Source: an archaeon
GTDB taxonomy: Archaea; Nanobdellota; Nanobdellia; Pacearchaeales; GW2011-AR1
Reading direction: 5' to 3'
DNA: 64,000 nucleotides
Assembly (NCBI GenBank): GCA_024653565.1
Contig: JANLIK010000015.1
Location: 21,289 to 85,288 of the forward strand
In this document: positions 47,278-57,113 of the stretch, piece after piece
Numbering within the stretch: position 1 is the first letter of the stretch
Layout of the letters: the number at the start of each line of letters is the position of its first letter
The notes under the pieces: generated by a model
What the model saw: the letters and a program-made list of their open reading frames with translations, nothing else
Databases searched by the model: none
Told to the model about the DNA's origin: nothing
Made by a program: the position numbers and the translations under genes

Positions 47278-48183
47278 ATGAATAAACATGAAATTGAGTC
47301 TTATATCAAGGCAGGACAAATTGCCTCAGAGATAAAAAAGTTCGCAAGAAACCTAGTCAAACCAGGAATGAAATTAATTGACATAGCAATTGCAATAGAT
47401 GACAAGATAGAAGAAATGGGGGCCGAGACCGCCTTTCCAGTTAATTTATGTATTGATGAAATCGCTGCACACTTTACCCCAGAAATCGGCTGCGAAGAAG
47501 TTGCAAAAGGACTTTTCACAATAGATATTGGAATCGCAATTGATGGCTACATCGCAGACACTGCAATGACCATAGACCTAACAGAAGACAATAGACATAA
47601 AGAAATGATTAACCTAAATGAAACAATAATGAAAAATCTTTTTGAAGTTATCAAACCTGGAATAGAAGTTAATAAAATTGGAAATTCGGTTCAAGACACA
47701 GTCCAAGAATGGAACAAAGAAAACAACACCCAGTTCTCTACAATCAAATCCCTTTCAGGACATCAATTAGGACAACATATTATCCACGCAGGACTAACAG
47801 TCTCAAATAACAGAACGGACAACAAAACAATCCTAGACAATATCGCAATCGCAGTAGAACCCTTTGTTACAACAGGTATTGGAGATATCTATGAGGGAAA
47901 CCTCGGAGGAATCTACGCCCTAATATCCGAAGCACAAGTTAGAGATAATGATTCAAGAAAAGTAATCCAATTCATCAAAGATAATTACAAGACCCGGCCA
48001 TTCTGTTCCAGATGGCTAGAGAAAGCCGGCCTCCCAAGATTAAAATTCATCTTACCAAACCTAGTCAAACAAGATATCTTACATCACTACCCTTTGTTGA
48101 TAGAAAAAAGCAAGGCCCCAGTCAGTCAAATAGAAAATACCTTTGTAATTGCTGAAGGAAAGGTTCGAGTAACGACGATTTAA
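47278..48183 (+). CDS. map: Methionine aminopeptidase, type 2 (archaeal)
   Basis: M24 pita-bread fold. Residues D..D...H...E..E are spaced as in archaeal MetAP. 301 aa. Confidence 0.8.
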   Translation: MNKHEIESYIKAGQIASEIKKFARNLVKPGMKLIDIAIAIDDKIEEMGAETAFPVNLCIDEIAAHFTPEIGCEEVAKGLFTIDIGIAIDGYIADTAMTIDLTEDNRHKEMINLNETIMKNLFEVIKPGIEVNKIGNSVQDTVQEWNKENNTQFSTIKSLSGHQLGQHIIHAGLTVSNNRTDNKTILDNIAIAVEPFVTTGIGDIYEGNLGGIYALISEAQVRDNDSRKVIQFIKDNYKTRPFCSRWLEKAGLPRLKFILPNLVKQDILHHYPLLIEKSKAPVSQIENTFVIAEGKVRVTTI

Positions 48184-48190
48184 AAGAATG

Positions 48191-48523
48191 TTATTTCTTT
48201 TTTGCTTCAACAATCTCATACTCTGGAACTCTACCTTCTTGGATGTAAGGAAATAATTCCTCTAAATGTTCAGGAACAACTCTTATTCTGTGCTCTTCCA
48301 ACTTTCTTCCCAGCTCATCTGGGCTTCTTGGAACTCCTCCGTTTTTGAAATCATCGGCGAGCTCCAAACATTCGTCTCTAAACTTTGGAGTGTCTAGAAC
48401 TTTGCTAGTCAACCCAAGCCAAAGAATTCTCGCAGTCCTCGGAAAGGCCCTCCCATCACTCCCTTCCAATATTCGCGGGTCAAATCTTAAATAACTAGTT
48501 TTTTGGATGTATTTGTGGCTCAT
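48191..48523 (-). CDS. Hypothetical protein (110 aa)
   Basis: ORF only. Confidence 0.45.
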   Translation of the reverse strand: MSHKYIQKTSYLRFDPRILEGSDGRAFPRTARILWLGLTSKVLDTPKFRDECLELADDFKNGGVPRSPDELGRKLEEHRIRVVPEHLEELFPYIQEGRVPEYEIVEAKKK

Positions 48524-48666
48524 CTTATTTGTTTAAATTAATCAGACTATTTAAGAATTATTCTTATTGATAATCTATATTCAAGAACTCTCCAGACCCT
48601 GAAGAGGATGTAATTTTTCCCATCACTGAAGATAAGGTTAAGATGACTACTTTTTAAACAAGAGAT

Positions 48667-49110
48667 TTAGCCTTCCTCAACATCCCTCTTCTTTGTAATA
48701 TCTTCTGGAATTCTATATTCTTCCCATCTAACTCTCTTTTTATCAATAGTTTCTTTCAAATTTTTTTCTTGTGCAGAAAGTTTTGATTTTCCAGACTTCA
48801 CTTCAACAAAAACAACTTCATCAATGTTCTTCCCATCTGCACCTTTGAAGACAATCAAATCTATTGGCTTTCCAATAAATCTAGACTCTGTTGGAGAAAA
48901 AGGAAAGTCTGGCAGATAAGGAGCGAGTTGTTCAGAGAAATGCCCTCCAAGAACAGCCCTAGACCTATTAATCGCATCTTGGCGATATCCTGGCAAATCT
49001 TCCTGCCATTTTCTGTCCATCATTCCAGCCCCCGTGCGATGTCCAACCTTATAAGCAATATATACAACAACTAACAAGATGACGACAAGGATTATTGTGG
49101 TAAAGTCCAT
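48667..49110 (-). CDS. Membrane-anchored PD-(D/E)xK-fold nuclease-like protein
   Basis: N-terminal TM helix, then D..IVFKG...EVVFVEVKSGKS consistent with a D-x(n)-E-V-K restriction-endonuclease-like core. Confidence 0.4.
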   Translation of the reverse strand: MDFTTIILVVILLVVVYIAYKVGHRTGAGMMDRKWQEDLPGYRQDAINRSRAVLGGHFSEQLAPYLPDFPFSPTESRFIGKPIDLIVFKGADGKNIDEVVFVEVKSGKSKLSAQEKNLKETIDKKRVRWEEYRIPEDITKKRDVEEG

Positions 49111-49132
49111 GTTTTATAAAAGAAAGGAGAGT

Positions 49133-49564
49133 TTAAGAAAGTTTTCCCTTCATCAAATCTCTAATCTGAAAAACAACAGCTTCATCCAAACCTACTTTTG
49201 GGTAGGGAGCATAATTTCCCCTAGGATTTGGGTCAACAAAATCTATCCCTGCGAAAGTTCTAGATGTTTGATATCGAGGTATTAAATGTGCATGAAGATG
49301 GGGTGCTTCATTCCCGAGTATCGCCACATTAGATCTGTCATGCCTAAATAATTCCCTTGTTGCTCTTTCCCAATCAGGAATAACCACTTCAAATAATTCC
49401 AATATCTCTCCTCTAGAAGCATCAGAAACTAAATCTGCTTCAGGTCTCCTTGCCCAGGCATAAGCCCTCCCGATGTATGGAGACTGTCTCTCATGAAGAA
49501 ATAAATCCCATAAATCATATGTTTTCAATTTAAATCTTTCAAAATCTTCTGCCATAAAAAACAA
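49133..49564 (-). CDS. HIT family protein
   Basis: Histidine triad HLHAHLIP (HxHxHxx). 143 aa. Confidence 0.7.
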   Translation of the reverse strand: MFFMAEDFERFKLKTYDLWDLFLHERQSPYIGRAYAWARRPEADLVSDASRGEILELFEVVIPDWERATRELFRHDRSNVAILGNEAPHLHAHLIPRYQTSRTFAGIDFVDPNPRGNYAPYPKVGLDEAVVFQIRDLMKGKLS

Positions 49565-49735
49565 ACCAATCCAAGGTTTTTAAGAATTATTGTGTTCTTC
49601 TTTCATCCCGCTTCTTCATCACAAAAGCCAAAAAATTGCTCTCTAAATGGTCCCCTCCATGAGCTGGGTCTTTGAGATTATTTCTTAAAACAAGAAATTC
49701 TTTACCATTGGTAATAAAAGAAATTATCTTTTTAT

Positions 49736-50503
49736 TCATAAAACTCCCAAAACCTTATAACTTTTTATTACAAAATCTTTAAAACTAGTCTTTTTTTCCC
49801 ACAAAGGATTAAGAATCTCCTTCAAATCATCAAGCCAAGGATAATGTGTTGTTCTATCAAACTTTCTCCACCCCAACTTCTGGAATTTAGGATTATTAAT
49901 TAAAATATACTCAGGGATTACCTCACTAATATTCCATGCATTCCACTTTTTCTTTCCTGACTTCCACATAAACTCTGTTTTCTCTTTACCAAAAAGCTTT
50001 TCCAAAAATTTCCAATAAACAAGATGTAATAATTCTTCAGCCATAACATAGACGAATAACTTCTCATTTTCTCCCTTGTAAAGGGGAATAGTAACTTCAT
50101 TTTTCCCAAAATAAGCCCCGCAAACAACATTAGTTAAATAAGCATTATACTCCTTTTCAAACATCCCAGGAAAATAATTCTCTATTTCTTCCCAATAACT
50201 ACTCCCTACTTCCCCCCATAATCTCTCAATCTTAACTATCATCCCCTCCAACTTTTCTTTTTTTCTTTCCAATATCGGCGTAATTATCTTTGAGAGTTCT
50301 TCTCTTAGTTTCGGAGTTAATTTCTTACTCAGAATCATCCTTTCAACCAAACTTTTACTTAAGGGAATAAATATACATTCGGCCTCATTCTCATACCTTT
50401 CTTTAGCATCTCCCAGTGTTCCCCCTAGATTTTCTTTTAGAGAATAAACAAACTCTGCCGCCTTTTCAGGCTTTGGAATGCTAAATTTTATTTTTGGTTT
50501 CAT
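49736..50503 (-). CDS. Hypothetical protein (255 aa)
   Basis: ORF only. Confidence 0.5.
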   Translation of the reverse strand: MKPKIKFSIPKPEKAAEFVYSLKENLGGTLGDAKERYENEAECIFIPLSKSLVERMILSKKLTPKLREELSKIITPILERKKEKLEGMIVKIERLWGEVGSSYWEEIENYFPGMFEKEYNAYLTNVVCGAYFGKNEVTIPLYKGENEKLFVYVMAEELLHLVYWKFLEKLFGKEKTEFMWKSGKKKWNAWNISEVIPEYILINNPKFQKLGWRKFDRTTHYPWLDDLKEILNPLWEKKTSFKDFVIKSYKVLGVL

Positions 50504-50537
50504 CCCAATTATGCTAATTTTAACAATTATAAAAACT

Positions 50538-51809
50538 CTACCTTTCCTCTCTTACATCTCTCTTCCTCTTCATCTCTCCCTCAAATCCCCTATCCGTTGG
50601 TTCATAGAAAACTTCATCTTTAATTTCTGAAGGAAGATGCTCTTGTTCTACTTTAGCATCTTTGAAATCATGTGCATACCTATAACCTCCACCATAACCA
50701 ATGTTTTTCATAAATTGTGTTGGAGCATTACGAATGTTTAATGGAACTCCCAAATTTCCGGTTCTCTTTATCACTTCTTTTGCTTTGTTAACTGCCTCGT
50801 ATACCTTATTTGACTTAGGGGCGTTCGCCAAATATATTGCACATTGAATCAAAGCAGTATTACATTCAGGATACCCAAGAAATCTAACTGAGTGCATTGC
50901 ATTAACCGCAACTCCTAAAGCATTCGGGTCCGCATTCCCTATATCCTCACTTGCAAAACGAATCATTCTTCTGATTATATACTCTGGGTCTTCTCCAGCC
51001 TCAATCATCCTCATAGTCCAATAAATACTCGCTTGAACATCAGAATCTCTAAGACTCTTATGCATCGCAGAAATAATGTTATAATGTTCCTCTCCACCCT
51101 TATCATATCTCAAAGACTTTTGAACAGATGTCAAAATAATTTCCTTAGTCACTTCCTTGCCCTTAGTTAATGAACTAACCAACTCTAAAATATTCAGGGC
51201 GGCCCGAGCATCCCCATTAGATAAATTAGCAATTAGTTTCTTATTATCTTCATTAATATTCACATCATTAATCCCCTCTGGATGATTAATCGCCCGATTC
51301 AAAATAGAAAGTAAATCTCCCTCATTAAGAGATTGTAAAATGAAAACTCTGCTTCTTGAGAGCAATGGAGAAATAACTTCAAAACTGGGATTCTCTGTAG
51401 TCGCCCCCACAAGAGTAATTACCCCCGACTCAACAAATGGAAGCAAGAAGTCCTGTTGTAATTTATTAAATCTATGAATTTCATCCACAAATAAAATTGT
51501 CTTTTTCCCCATCAATCGAGAAGAATTTATAGCCCTTTCAATGTCTGCCTTCCCAGCCCTCACAGCACTAATCTCCACAAGGTCATAACCGACCAATTTA
51601 GACATGAGCCGAGCAAGTGTCGTCTTCCCACATCCCGGCGGCCCCCATAAAATAACCGACCCGGGCAGCTTATTATCTTCCAACATAATCCGAAGAGGCT
51701 TCCCCATCCCCAGCAAAGCCTCCTGCCCTATTACTTCATCTATGACTCGCGGACGTATACGATAAGCGAGGGGTGAGTTGCTATTAACTTTCATGTTAAA
51801 CCCCCACAT
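50538..51809 (-). CDS. rarA: Replication-associated recombination protein A (RarA/MgsA AAA+ ATPase)
   Basis: Walker A GPPGCGKTT, DEIHRFNKLQQD, GATTENPSFEV and ALLSRSRVF motifs characteristic of RarA/WRNIP1. Confidence 0.85.
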   Translation of the reverse strand: MWGFNMKVNSNSPLAYRIRPRVIDEVIGQEALLGMGKPLRIMLEDNKLPGSVILWGPPGCGKTTLARLMSKLVGYDLVEISAVRAGKADIERAINSSRLMGKKTILFVDEIHRFNKLQQDFLLPFVESGVITLVGATTENPSFEVISPLLSRSRVFILQSLNEGDLLSILNRAINHPEGINDVNINEDNKKLIANLSNGDARAALNILELVSSLTKGKEVTKEIILTSVQKSLRYDKGGEEHYNIISAMHKSLRDSDVQASIYWTMRMIEAGEDPEYIIRRMIRFASEDIGNADPNALGVAVNAMHSVRFLGYPECNTALIQCAIYLANAPKSNKVYEAVNKAKEVIKRTGNLGVPLNIRNAPTQFMKNIGYGGGYRYAHDFKDAKVEQEHLPSEIKDEVFYEPTDRGFEGEMKRKRDVREER

Positions 51810-51889
51810 CCCCCAAATATAAATATTGTGGGGGTGGATGTTGGGGGAAAGGATTTTATAGGGATAGTTATTGGAGATTGGTATGAATA

Positions 51890-52450
51890 CTATTTTACTA
51901 TTCTCTTAAAAAAAGAATTTCTCGCTGCCAAATAAAATTGATACAATGCAACCAGGCTAAAAAAAACCTTCCATATTGTCCCATCGACATAAAAAACTAA
52001 GAGAACTAATAAAACAACAAATAAACTAAGTTGCTCTTGAAACATCTGCCAATTTAACCTAAATAATTGCCACCTAAGAGCTTTGTTATCCTGTAAAACT
52101 TTTTTTAACCTTCTTTTGAATATTTTATCTAAGAAGCCAAGATTTTCAGGATAAAAGTAAATACAGGGAACCTTATTCTTTTGGTAAATATCCCTCTTTT
52201 CTTTATATCTTGCCTTATGTTTTTCTATACCCCATTGCCCAAAAAATTCAACATGAACTTTATATTGAGTCAAATAAAAGTCAGAGATTCTCTTCTCATA
52301 AGAATCTTCTATTAAAGGGCCTATCTCCTTTTGGATCTCATATTTGATATCTTCCGAATCCAAGTAGTCTTTTATTATTTCTTCCCCCTCTGTTAGATCA
52401 TATTTTTTCTTTTTCATTATTTTATATTCGGGGCACAATCCTCCACACAA
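51890..52450 (-). CDS. Hypothetical protein with a C-terminal TM segment (186 aa)
   Basis: ORF only. Confidence 0.45.
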   Translation of the reverse strand: MCGGLCPEYKIMKKKKYDLTEGEEIIKDYLDSEDIKYEIQKEIGPLIEDSYEKRISDFYLTQYKVHVEFFGQWGIEKHKARYKEKRDIYQKNKVPCIYFYPENLGFLDKIFKRRLKKVLQDNKALRWQLFRLNWQMFQEQLSLFVVLLVLLVFYVDGTIWKVFFSLVALYQFYLAARNSFFKRIVK

Positions 52451-52704
52451 CCCTCAAGTTCCAAATTACATAACTCAACTTCATCAAAGTCCATCCACGC
52501 ATTTCTTTGGTTATCATAGACTATATTAAAAAACATACATGTTTCTTGGTCAGAAACACACCATTCAACACAAGAAGTGTAATCCTTAATTATTCTTGAA
52601 TTGTCACTAGAACCTGAATTCAACCAGAATAATATAAAACCCAAGATTAAACAAATACCAATTACAACACTCAATTGGGAAGAATCTTGGCTTTTCTTTA
52701 CCAT
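52417..52704 (-). CDS. Small secreted Cys-containing protein (95 aa)
   Basis: ORF with a signal/TM segment. Confidence 0.35.
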   Translation of the reverse strand: MVKKSQDSSQLSVVIGICLILGFILFWLNSGSSDNSRIIKDYTSCVEWCVSDQETCMFFNIVYDNQRNAWMDFDEVELCNLELEGCVEDCAPNIK

Positions 52705-52751
52705 AGATTTAACATGTGGAACACATATAAAAGAGTTACTATAACCCCGAT

Positions 52752-53204
52752 CTAAGCCAAATCTTTAATTGTTTTTGCTTTTAGAAGTTTGTTTAGGGTA
52801 GTATATATCCTACCCTGAACATGACCCCTTCCCCTTCCAAGATTGTCTTTCTTTATAGTGTTTTTTAATTTAATCATCCGCTCAAAAAGAACTAGGTGGA
52901 ATGGGGGATTTGCATCTGGAAAACAGTAAAGCCAATAACCAAAACCAACCTCACCCTTACTCGCCTCCTTAAATGATTTAACCTTAGCATAATGAGTAAT
53001 TTTCCCACCAGTATAAAACGCAAAATACTTTAATATCTTCCTCGATCCTTTTGGAAAGGCAAAAAAGTTTTTCTTTTTTAGAATGTTCCAAGAGTAATCA
53101 TCTATAGAGACTACCACTACATCCCTTTCATCAGCCATTAATAGATGAAGAAGAAGATATTTATAAGGTTTCTTGAATTCCAGAATTGTCGGGAATAAAG
53201 TCAA
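52752..53204 (-). CDS. Hypothetical protein, possibly restriction-modification associated (150 aa)
   Basis: ORF overlapping the upstream gene. Co-directional with the methyltransferase. Confidence 0.4.
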   Translation of the reverse strand: MTLFPTILEFKKPYKYLLLHLLMADERDVVVVSIDDYSWNILKKKNFFAFPKGSRKILKYFAFYTGGKITHYAKVKSFKEASKGEVGFGYWLYCFPDANPPFHLVLFERMIKLKNTIKKDNLGRGRGHVQGRIYTTLNKLLKAKTIKDLA

Positions 53205-54003
53205 TCCTTATTACTCCCCGGAGTTTCTTTTTCTTTCCAGAGCTAGTAGATTGCATATAGATATCAAACTTACATATTCTATCCTCTTTTAGATAAAAGA
53301 GAACACTTATACCCTGGAAAGATATTCTAAGATTCTCCGGTTCCTTTCTCAGCTTCTCGAAAATGGAAGAAAATTTAGTACAATAACCCTTAAATTCTCC
53401 ATTTTTATTAACCACAGTCAAAAGAAGATTAGTTCCTCCCCTCATTTCTGAAAGTAAATTTTTAACAAAAGATATTTTGTCTATAGAAAATTCCCTACTC
53501 AAAATCTCGGCTAATTTTTGAGCTCCCCATTTCCCAATAACCTCTGATTTAACCATATCTTTTGAATAAAGATCACCCAATTCCAAATAATTCTTTTTTT
53601 CTTCGTTATCTAAAAAATCTTCAAATCCCTTACCCGTAAAGATTTTACAAAGAGAGTTTGGAGTAAAATTCCTAACATTAACTCCACTAAAATTATTTTG
53701 GGTTTTAAGAGAATATCCTTTCCTAGATCCGTCCACCAATTCTAATAAAATATCGAAATCTTCTCCACCTTGTTTTTTATTTTCCTCCCCAACAACTTTG
53801 GCAGTTTTTATTTCTTGTCCCACTAATTCCCTAATCTTTTCAGAAGCTTTTTTACTTGCTAAAATCACCCTATCTTGATCTATTTTCAATGAAAGCCGAT
53901 TTAGATACTCTTTTGATTTCTTCTTTAAATTTTCAGAATCATCTAAAAGGGAAGCTGTAGTCCATTCATGTGCTCTCCCAATTGAATCTATCTTTTGAGG
54001 CAT
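53161..54003 (-). CDS. Candidate type II restriction endonuclease (280 aa)
   Basis: Located immediately downstream of the C5-MTase. The segment GEDFDILLELVDGSRKGYSLK is compatible with a PD-ExK core. No family recognised. Confidence 0.35.
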   Translation of the reverse strand: MPQKIDSIGRAHEWTTASLLDDSENLKKKSKEYLNRLSLKIDQDRVILASKKASEKIRELVGQEIKTAKVVGEENKKQGGEDFDILLELVDGSRKGYSLKTQNNFSGVNVRNFTPNSLCKIFTGKGFEDFLDNEEKKNYLELGDLYSKDMVKSEVIGKWGAQKLAEILSREFSIDKISFVKNLLSEMRGGTNLLLTVVNKNGEFKGYCTKFSSIFEKLRKEPENLRISFQGISVLFYLKEDRICKFDIYMQSTSSGKKKKLRGVIRIDFIPDNSGIQETL

Positions 54004-54065
54004 GAATAATAAAGGGGTGTATGCTATTTAAGTAAAATGCACTTCCATCTAGACAAAATTATAAC

Positions 54066-55127
54066 TTAACCACTCAATTTTTTATCTCTTTTCATAATCT
54101 CTCGGGCTATTTCTTCAACAAGTTTTGGAGGAACAGCATTTCCAATTTGCTTTACAACATCTGCTCGATTCCCCGCGAACATATATTCTTTTGGAAAGCC
54201 CTGTATCTGTGCCAATTCCTTGTTTGTAAAATCTCTTAGAAAAAAACCTTTATTATTTTTTATTCCTACATATAATCTTGGTTGAAAACTATATCCACAA
54301 TGGATTGTCTTGGTAGGAGAGTCTAAGTTTGCCATCTCTATATGGTGGGGGGATATTCTTCTACCAAAAGAAATTTTCCCTTCTTTTAATTTCATTAATA
54401 AATAGGGATGTGGTTTCCCTGTTGGCTCTTCATCAGAATCATAGAATAATATATCCTTTTCCTTTAATTCATGAACCTCTGAGGGATTACTTTCAACAGA
54501 ATTTATATTAGTTAGTTCAATTAAATGCCTTATTGTGGGTAAATTATTCTTGGTGTGTAAGGGTTTTGGAAAACCAAACTCTATACCCTCTTTACTACCA
54601 ACAAAGAAAACCCTCCGCCTTTTTTGAGGGACTCCATATTCTTCCGCTTTCAAAACTTTTGGTTTAGCCATTTTATAACCGATTTCTTCAAATGCTTTAA
54701 CAATAACTTCCGCTACATCACTTTCCCCATCATCAGTTTTTCTATGTAATAATCCGGCAACATTTTCTCCAATTATCCATTTAGGTTTTATTAATTTTGT
54801 AGCTCTAACAAACTCCCAAAATAATTTATTCCTTGTATCGTTTGGGTCTTTCTTTCCAGCATGAGAAAATCCCTGACATGGAAACCCGGCAAATAAAACA
54901 TCAATTTGCCCCTCATATTTCCTAAACTCTTCATCAGAAATCTTGGTTATATCTCCCCCAACATCTTGCCCAATAAAAGTAGATTCTGGAAAATTGAGTT
55001 TATGTGTTTCAATTGCCCTCTTCCAGAATTCAACAAATCCCACAACCTTAATTCCAGCGTCCTCTAAACCTTGGGTATCTCCTCCACACCCAGCAAATAA
55101 GCTTATTGCCTTCCACTCTTTTTCCAT
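54066..55127 (-). CDS. DNA (cytosine-5)-methyltransferase
   Basis: Motif I FAGCGG, motif IV GFPCQGFS, motif VI GENV and motif X QIGNAV. Confidence 0.85.
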   Translation of the reverse strand: MEKEWKAISLFAGCGGDTQGLEDAGIKVVGFVEFWKRAIETHKLNFPESTFIGQDVGGDITKISDEEFRKYEGQIDVLFAGFPCQGFSHAGKKDPNDTRNKLFWEFVRATKLIKPKWIIGENVAGLLHRKTDDGESDVAEVIVKAFEEIGYKMAKPKVLKAEEYGVPQKRRRVFFVGSKEGIEFGFPKPLHTKNNLPTIRHLIELTNINSVESNPSEVHELKEKDILFYDSDEEPTGKPHPYLLMKLKEGKISFGRRISPHHIEMANLDSPTKTIHCGYSFQPRLYVGIKNNKGFFLRDFTNKELAQIQGFPKEYMFAGNRADVVKQIGNAVPPKLVEEIAREIMKRDKKLSG

Positions 55128-55256
55128 ATCAACCCCTAACCTCTTTCATTTAAAATGTTTTGTATACTCTTTTTAATTATGGAACACTTAGGCGCCTAAA
55201 CTTTATAAACCTTTCGGCGCCGATATCTTTAAATAATATTTCCTTTTAAAAAGGGG

Positions 55257-55412
55257 ATGAAGCTACAAAAACACTATACTCAAAAGGGAAAGAAATATCC
55301 TAAATATGAGGTGGTAATCCCAAAAGATGTAGTGAAAGACTCGGGTTTTAAAGAAGGTGATGAATTAGAAGCAACAGCAACAAAAGGAGAGATAAAACTA
55401 AAGAAAAAATGA
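55257..55412 (+). CDS. AbrB/MazE/SpoVT-type swapped-hairpin small protein (51 aa; antitoxin or regulator-like)
   Basis: EVVIPKDVVKDSGFKEGDELEATATKGEIKLKK matches the AbrB-like beta-barrel pattern. Overlaps the next gene by ATGA. Not in the ORF track because it is under 60 aa. Confidence 0.55.
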   Translation: MKLQKHYTQKGKKYPKYEVVIPKDVVKDSGFKEGDELEATATKGEIKLKKK

Positions 55413-56059
55413 CCACACACAAGCTCTCCCCCTCCGCCATTAATCTCATGAAAGACTGCCCCCGCTGTTTCTGGCTTACACAACACAAAGTATGGAAAAG
55501 ACCTTCAGGCCCCTTCCCATCTCTTCCCTCGGGCATGGACAAAATCTTAAAACACCACTTTAACAAATTCCGAGACAAGGGAGAACTACCTCCAGAACTC
55601 TGCGAACACCAACACTGCACAAACATGAAGCTATTTGATGATGAAGAAAAGATGAAAGTCTGGCAAAGCAACTTTAAGGGAATCTCATTCACAGACAAGG
55701 CCGGAAACGAACTTCATGGAGCAATAGATAATATCCTAGTCAAAGGCAAAAAACTAATCGTCCTAGATTACAAAACAAGGGGCTACGCCCTAAAAGAAGA
55801 TACTGCAGAACATTACAGACTCCAACAAAATACCTACAACTTCCTCCTAAGAAAAATCGGCCATGAAACAGAAGACTTCTTCTTCCTTTTATTCTATGTT
55901 CCAAAAGAAGTCGCCACAACCGGCGAAGTCATCTTTGATACCGAACTAGTTAAGATGAGGGTTGACACCAAAATGGCAGAAAAAGCCTGGAAGGATGCCT
56001 TGAAGCTGTTGAACGAAGATTGTCCAAAGAAGAGTTGCGGGTGGTGTGATGGGAGATGA
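55409..56059 (+). CDS. Cas4/RecB-like PD-(D/E)xK nuclease with a Cys cluster
   Basis: N-terminal CPRC, core D..ID...K..L.VLDYKT, and C-terminal C-x5-C-x2-C (CPKKSCGWCDG), consistent with a DUF83/Cas4-like FeS nuclease. Confidence 0.55.
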   Translation: MTTHKLSPSAINLMKDCPRCFWLTQHKVWKRPSGPFPSLPSGMDKILKHHFNKFRDKGELPPELCEHQHCTNMKLFDDEEKMKVWQSNFKGISFTDKAGNELHGAIDNILVKGKKLIVLDYKTRGYALKEDTAEHYRLQQNTYNFLLRKIGHETEDFFFLLFYVPKEVATTGEVIFDTELVKMRVDTKMAEKAWKDALKLLNEDCPKKSCGWCDGR

Positions 56060-56511
56060 CTTATTTTAAAAATATTAAAAGAACTACAGAAGAAATAATT
56101 AATCACAACAAACATATTTTATCTGTTAGTGGAGGGAATTTTGGAATTATAAATAAGTCAACTTTAGAGTTTGCAGTAGATTCAGTAAATAACGAAATAG
56201 ACCCAATAAAACAAGCAGGAAATTTTCTTTATTATGCAGGAGCAGGACATCCTTTTGAAAATGGAAATAAAAGAACTGCGTTTGAGATAGCAAAAGGAAT
56301 TATGGCTTCTGGGGCGATAGTTATTGATGCCTCTGAGACAGGGATAATTAATTTTGTTACTGGAAGTGTTGCTCAAGGAAAAACAGATGTAAAAACAGTT
56401 ACAAATTGGCTCTCTTCACATTCAAGACTTACAGATGAACATCCCGAATTTAATAGGATAACAAAAGAGAATATAGATAAAGATAAGGAGTTATTAAAAA
56501 AGCTTGATTAA
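56056..56511 (+). CDS. Doc/Fic family toxin-like protein
   Basis: Fic motif variant HPFENGNKRTA (the Doc-type HxFx(D/N)(A/G)NKR). Overlaps the upstream gene. Confidence 0.7.
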   Translation: MTYFKNIKRTTEEIINHNKHILSVSGGNFGIINKSTLEFAVDSVNNEIDPIKQAGNFLYYAGAGHPFENGNKRTAFEIAKGIMASGAIVIDASETGIINFVTGSVAQGKTDVKTVTNWLSSHSRLTDEHPEFNRITKENIDKDKELLKKLD

Positions 56512-56705
56512 AATTTCTGTGTAAAAAGCAGGTCCTTATTCAGACTTTCTTCCCAAAACATCTCCCACATCCCCCTTTGTGGTTTTGAACAAAACCACAA
56601 CCCTTAAATAATTCATCAACCCTGCTAACATAAAGAGGTAAAGATAGTAAAACATGGGCGCATCATCTTCGGGGGGATAAATGACAGAGGTTTCTAGTTT
56701 ATAAA

Positions 56706-56999
56706 ATGGACCCAACTACTATAAATGAATTTGTTTTACCCGCAGTCCTCGGCGGTATCGGTGGACTAACTAGGGGAATTGTCGGACTACTCAAAGCATT
56801 ATCCTTGCGGAGAAAAATTCTTTGGGGATATTATGGTATAACTGTTCTAGTCGCCGCAATCATCGGAGTCTTTGTAGGTTTAGTATTTAATTTTGATTAT
56901 CGGTTATCTTTATTAGCTGGATACGCCGGCACAGACATTTTAGAAGGAATTTACAAAAGCTTCCAAGTCCAAAAGGTCTATGTTGGTAAGAAGAAGTAA
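56706..56999 (+). CDS. Small membrane protein (97 aa)
   Basis: ORF with TM helices. Confidence 0.4.
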   Translation: MDPTTINEFVLPAVLGGIGGLTRGIVGLLKALSLRRKILWGYYGITVLVAAIIGVFVGLVFNFDYRLSLLAGYAGTDILEGIYKSFQVQKVYVGKKK

Positions 57000-57113
57000 A
57001 ACAAAAGACTTTTAAACATAGACTCATTCTTAATATTAACATGACCCCCAGTGATCCGAAAGGGTCGCTGGATGATTTTTTCAATGGACAAAATTAACAA
57101 AAGAGGACTTTAA

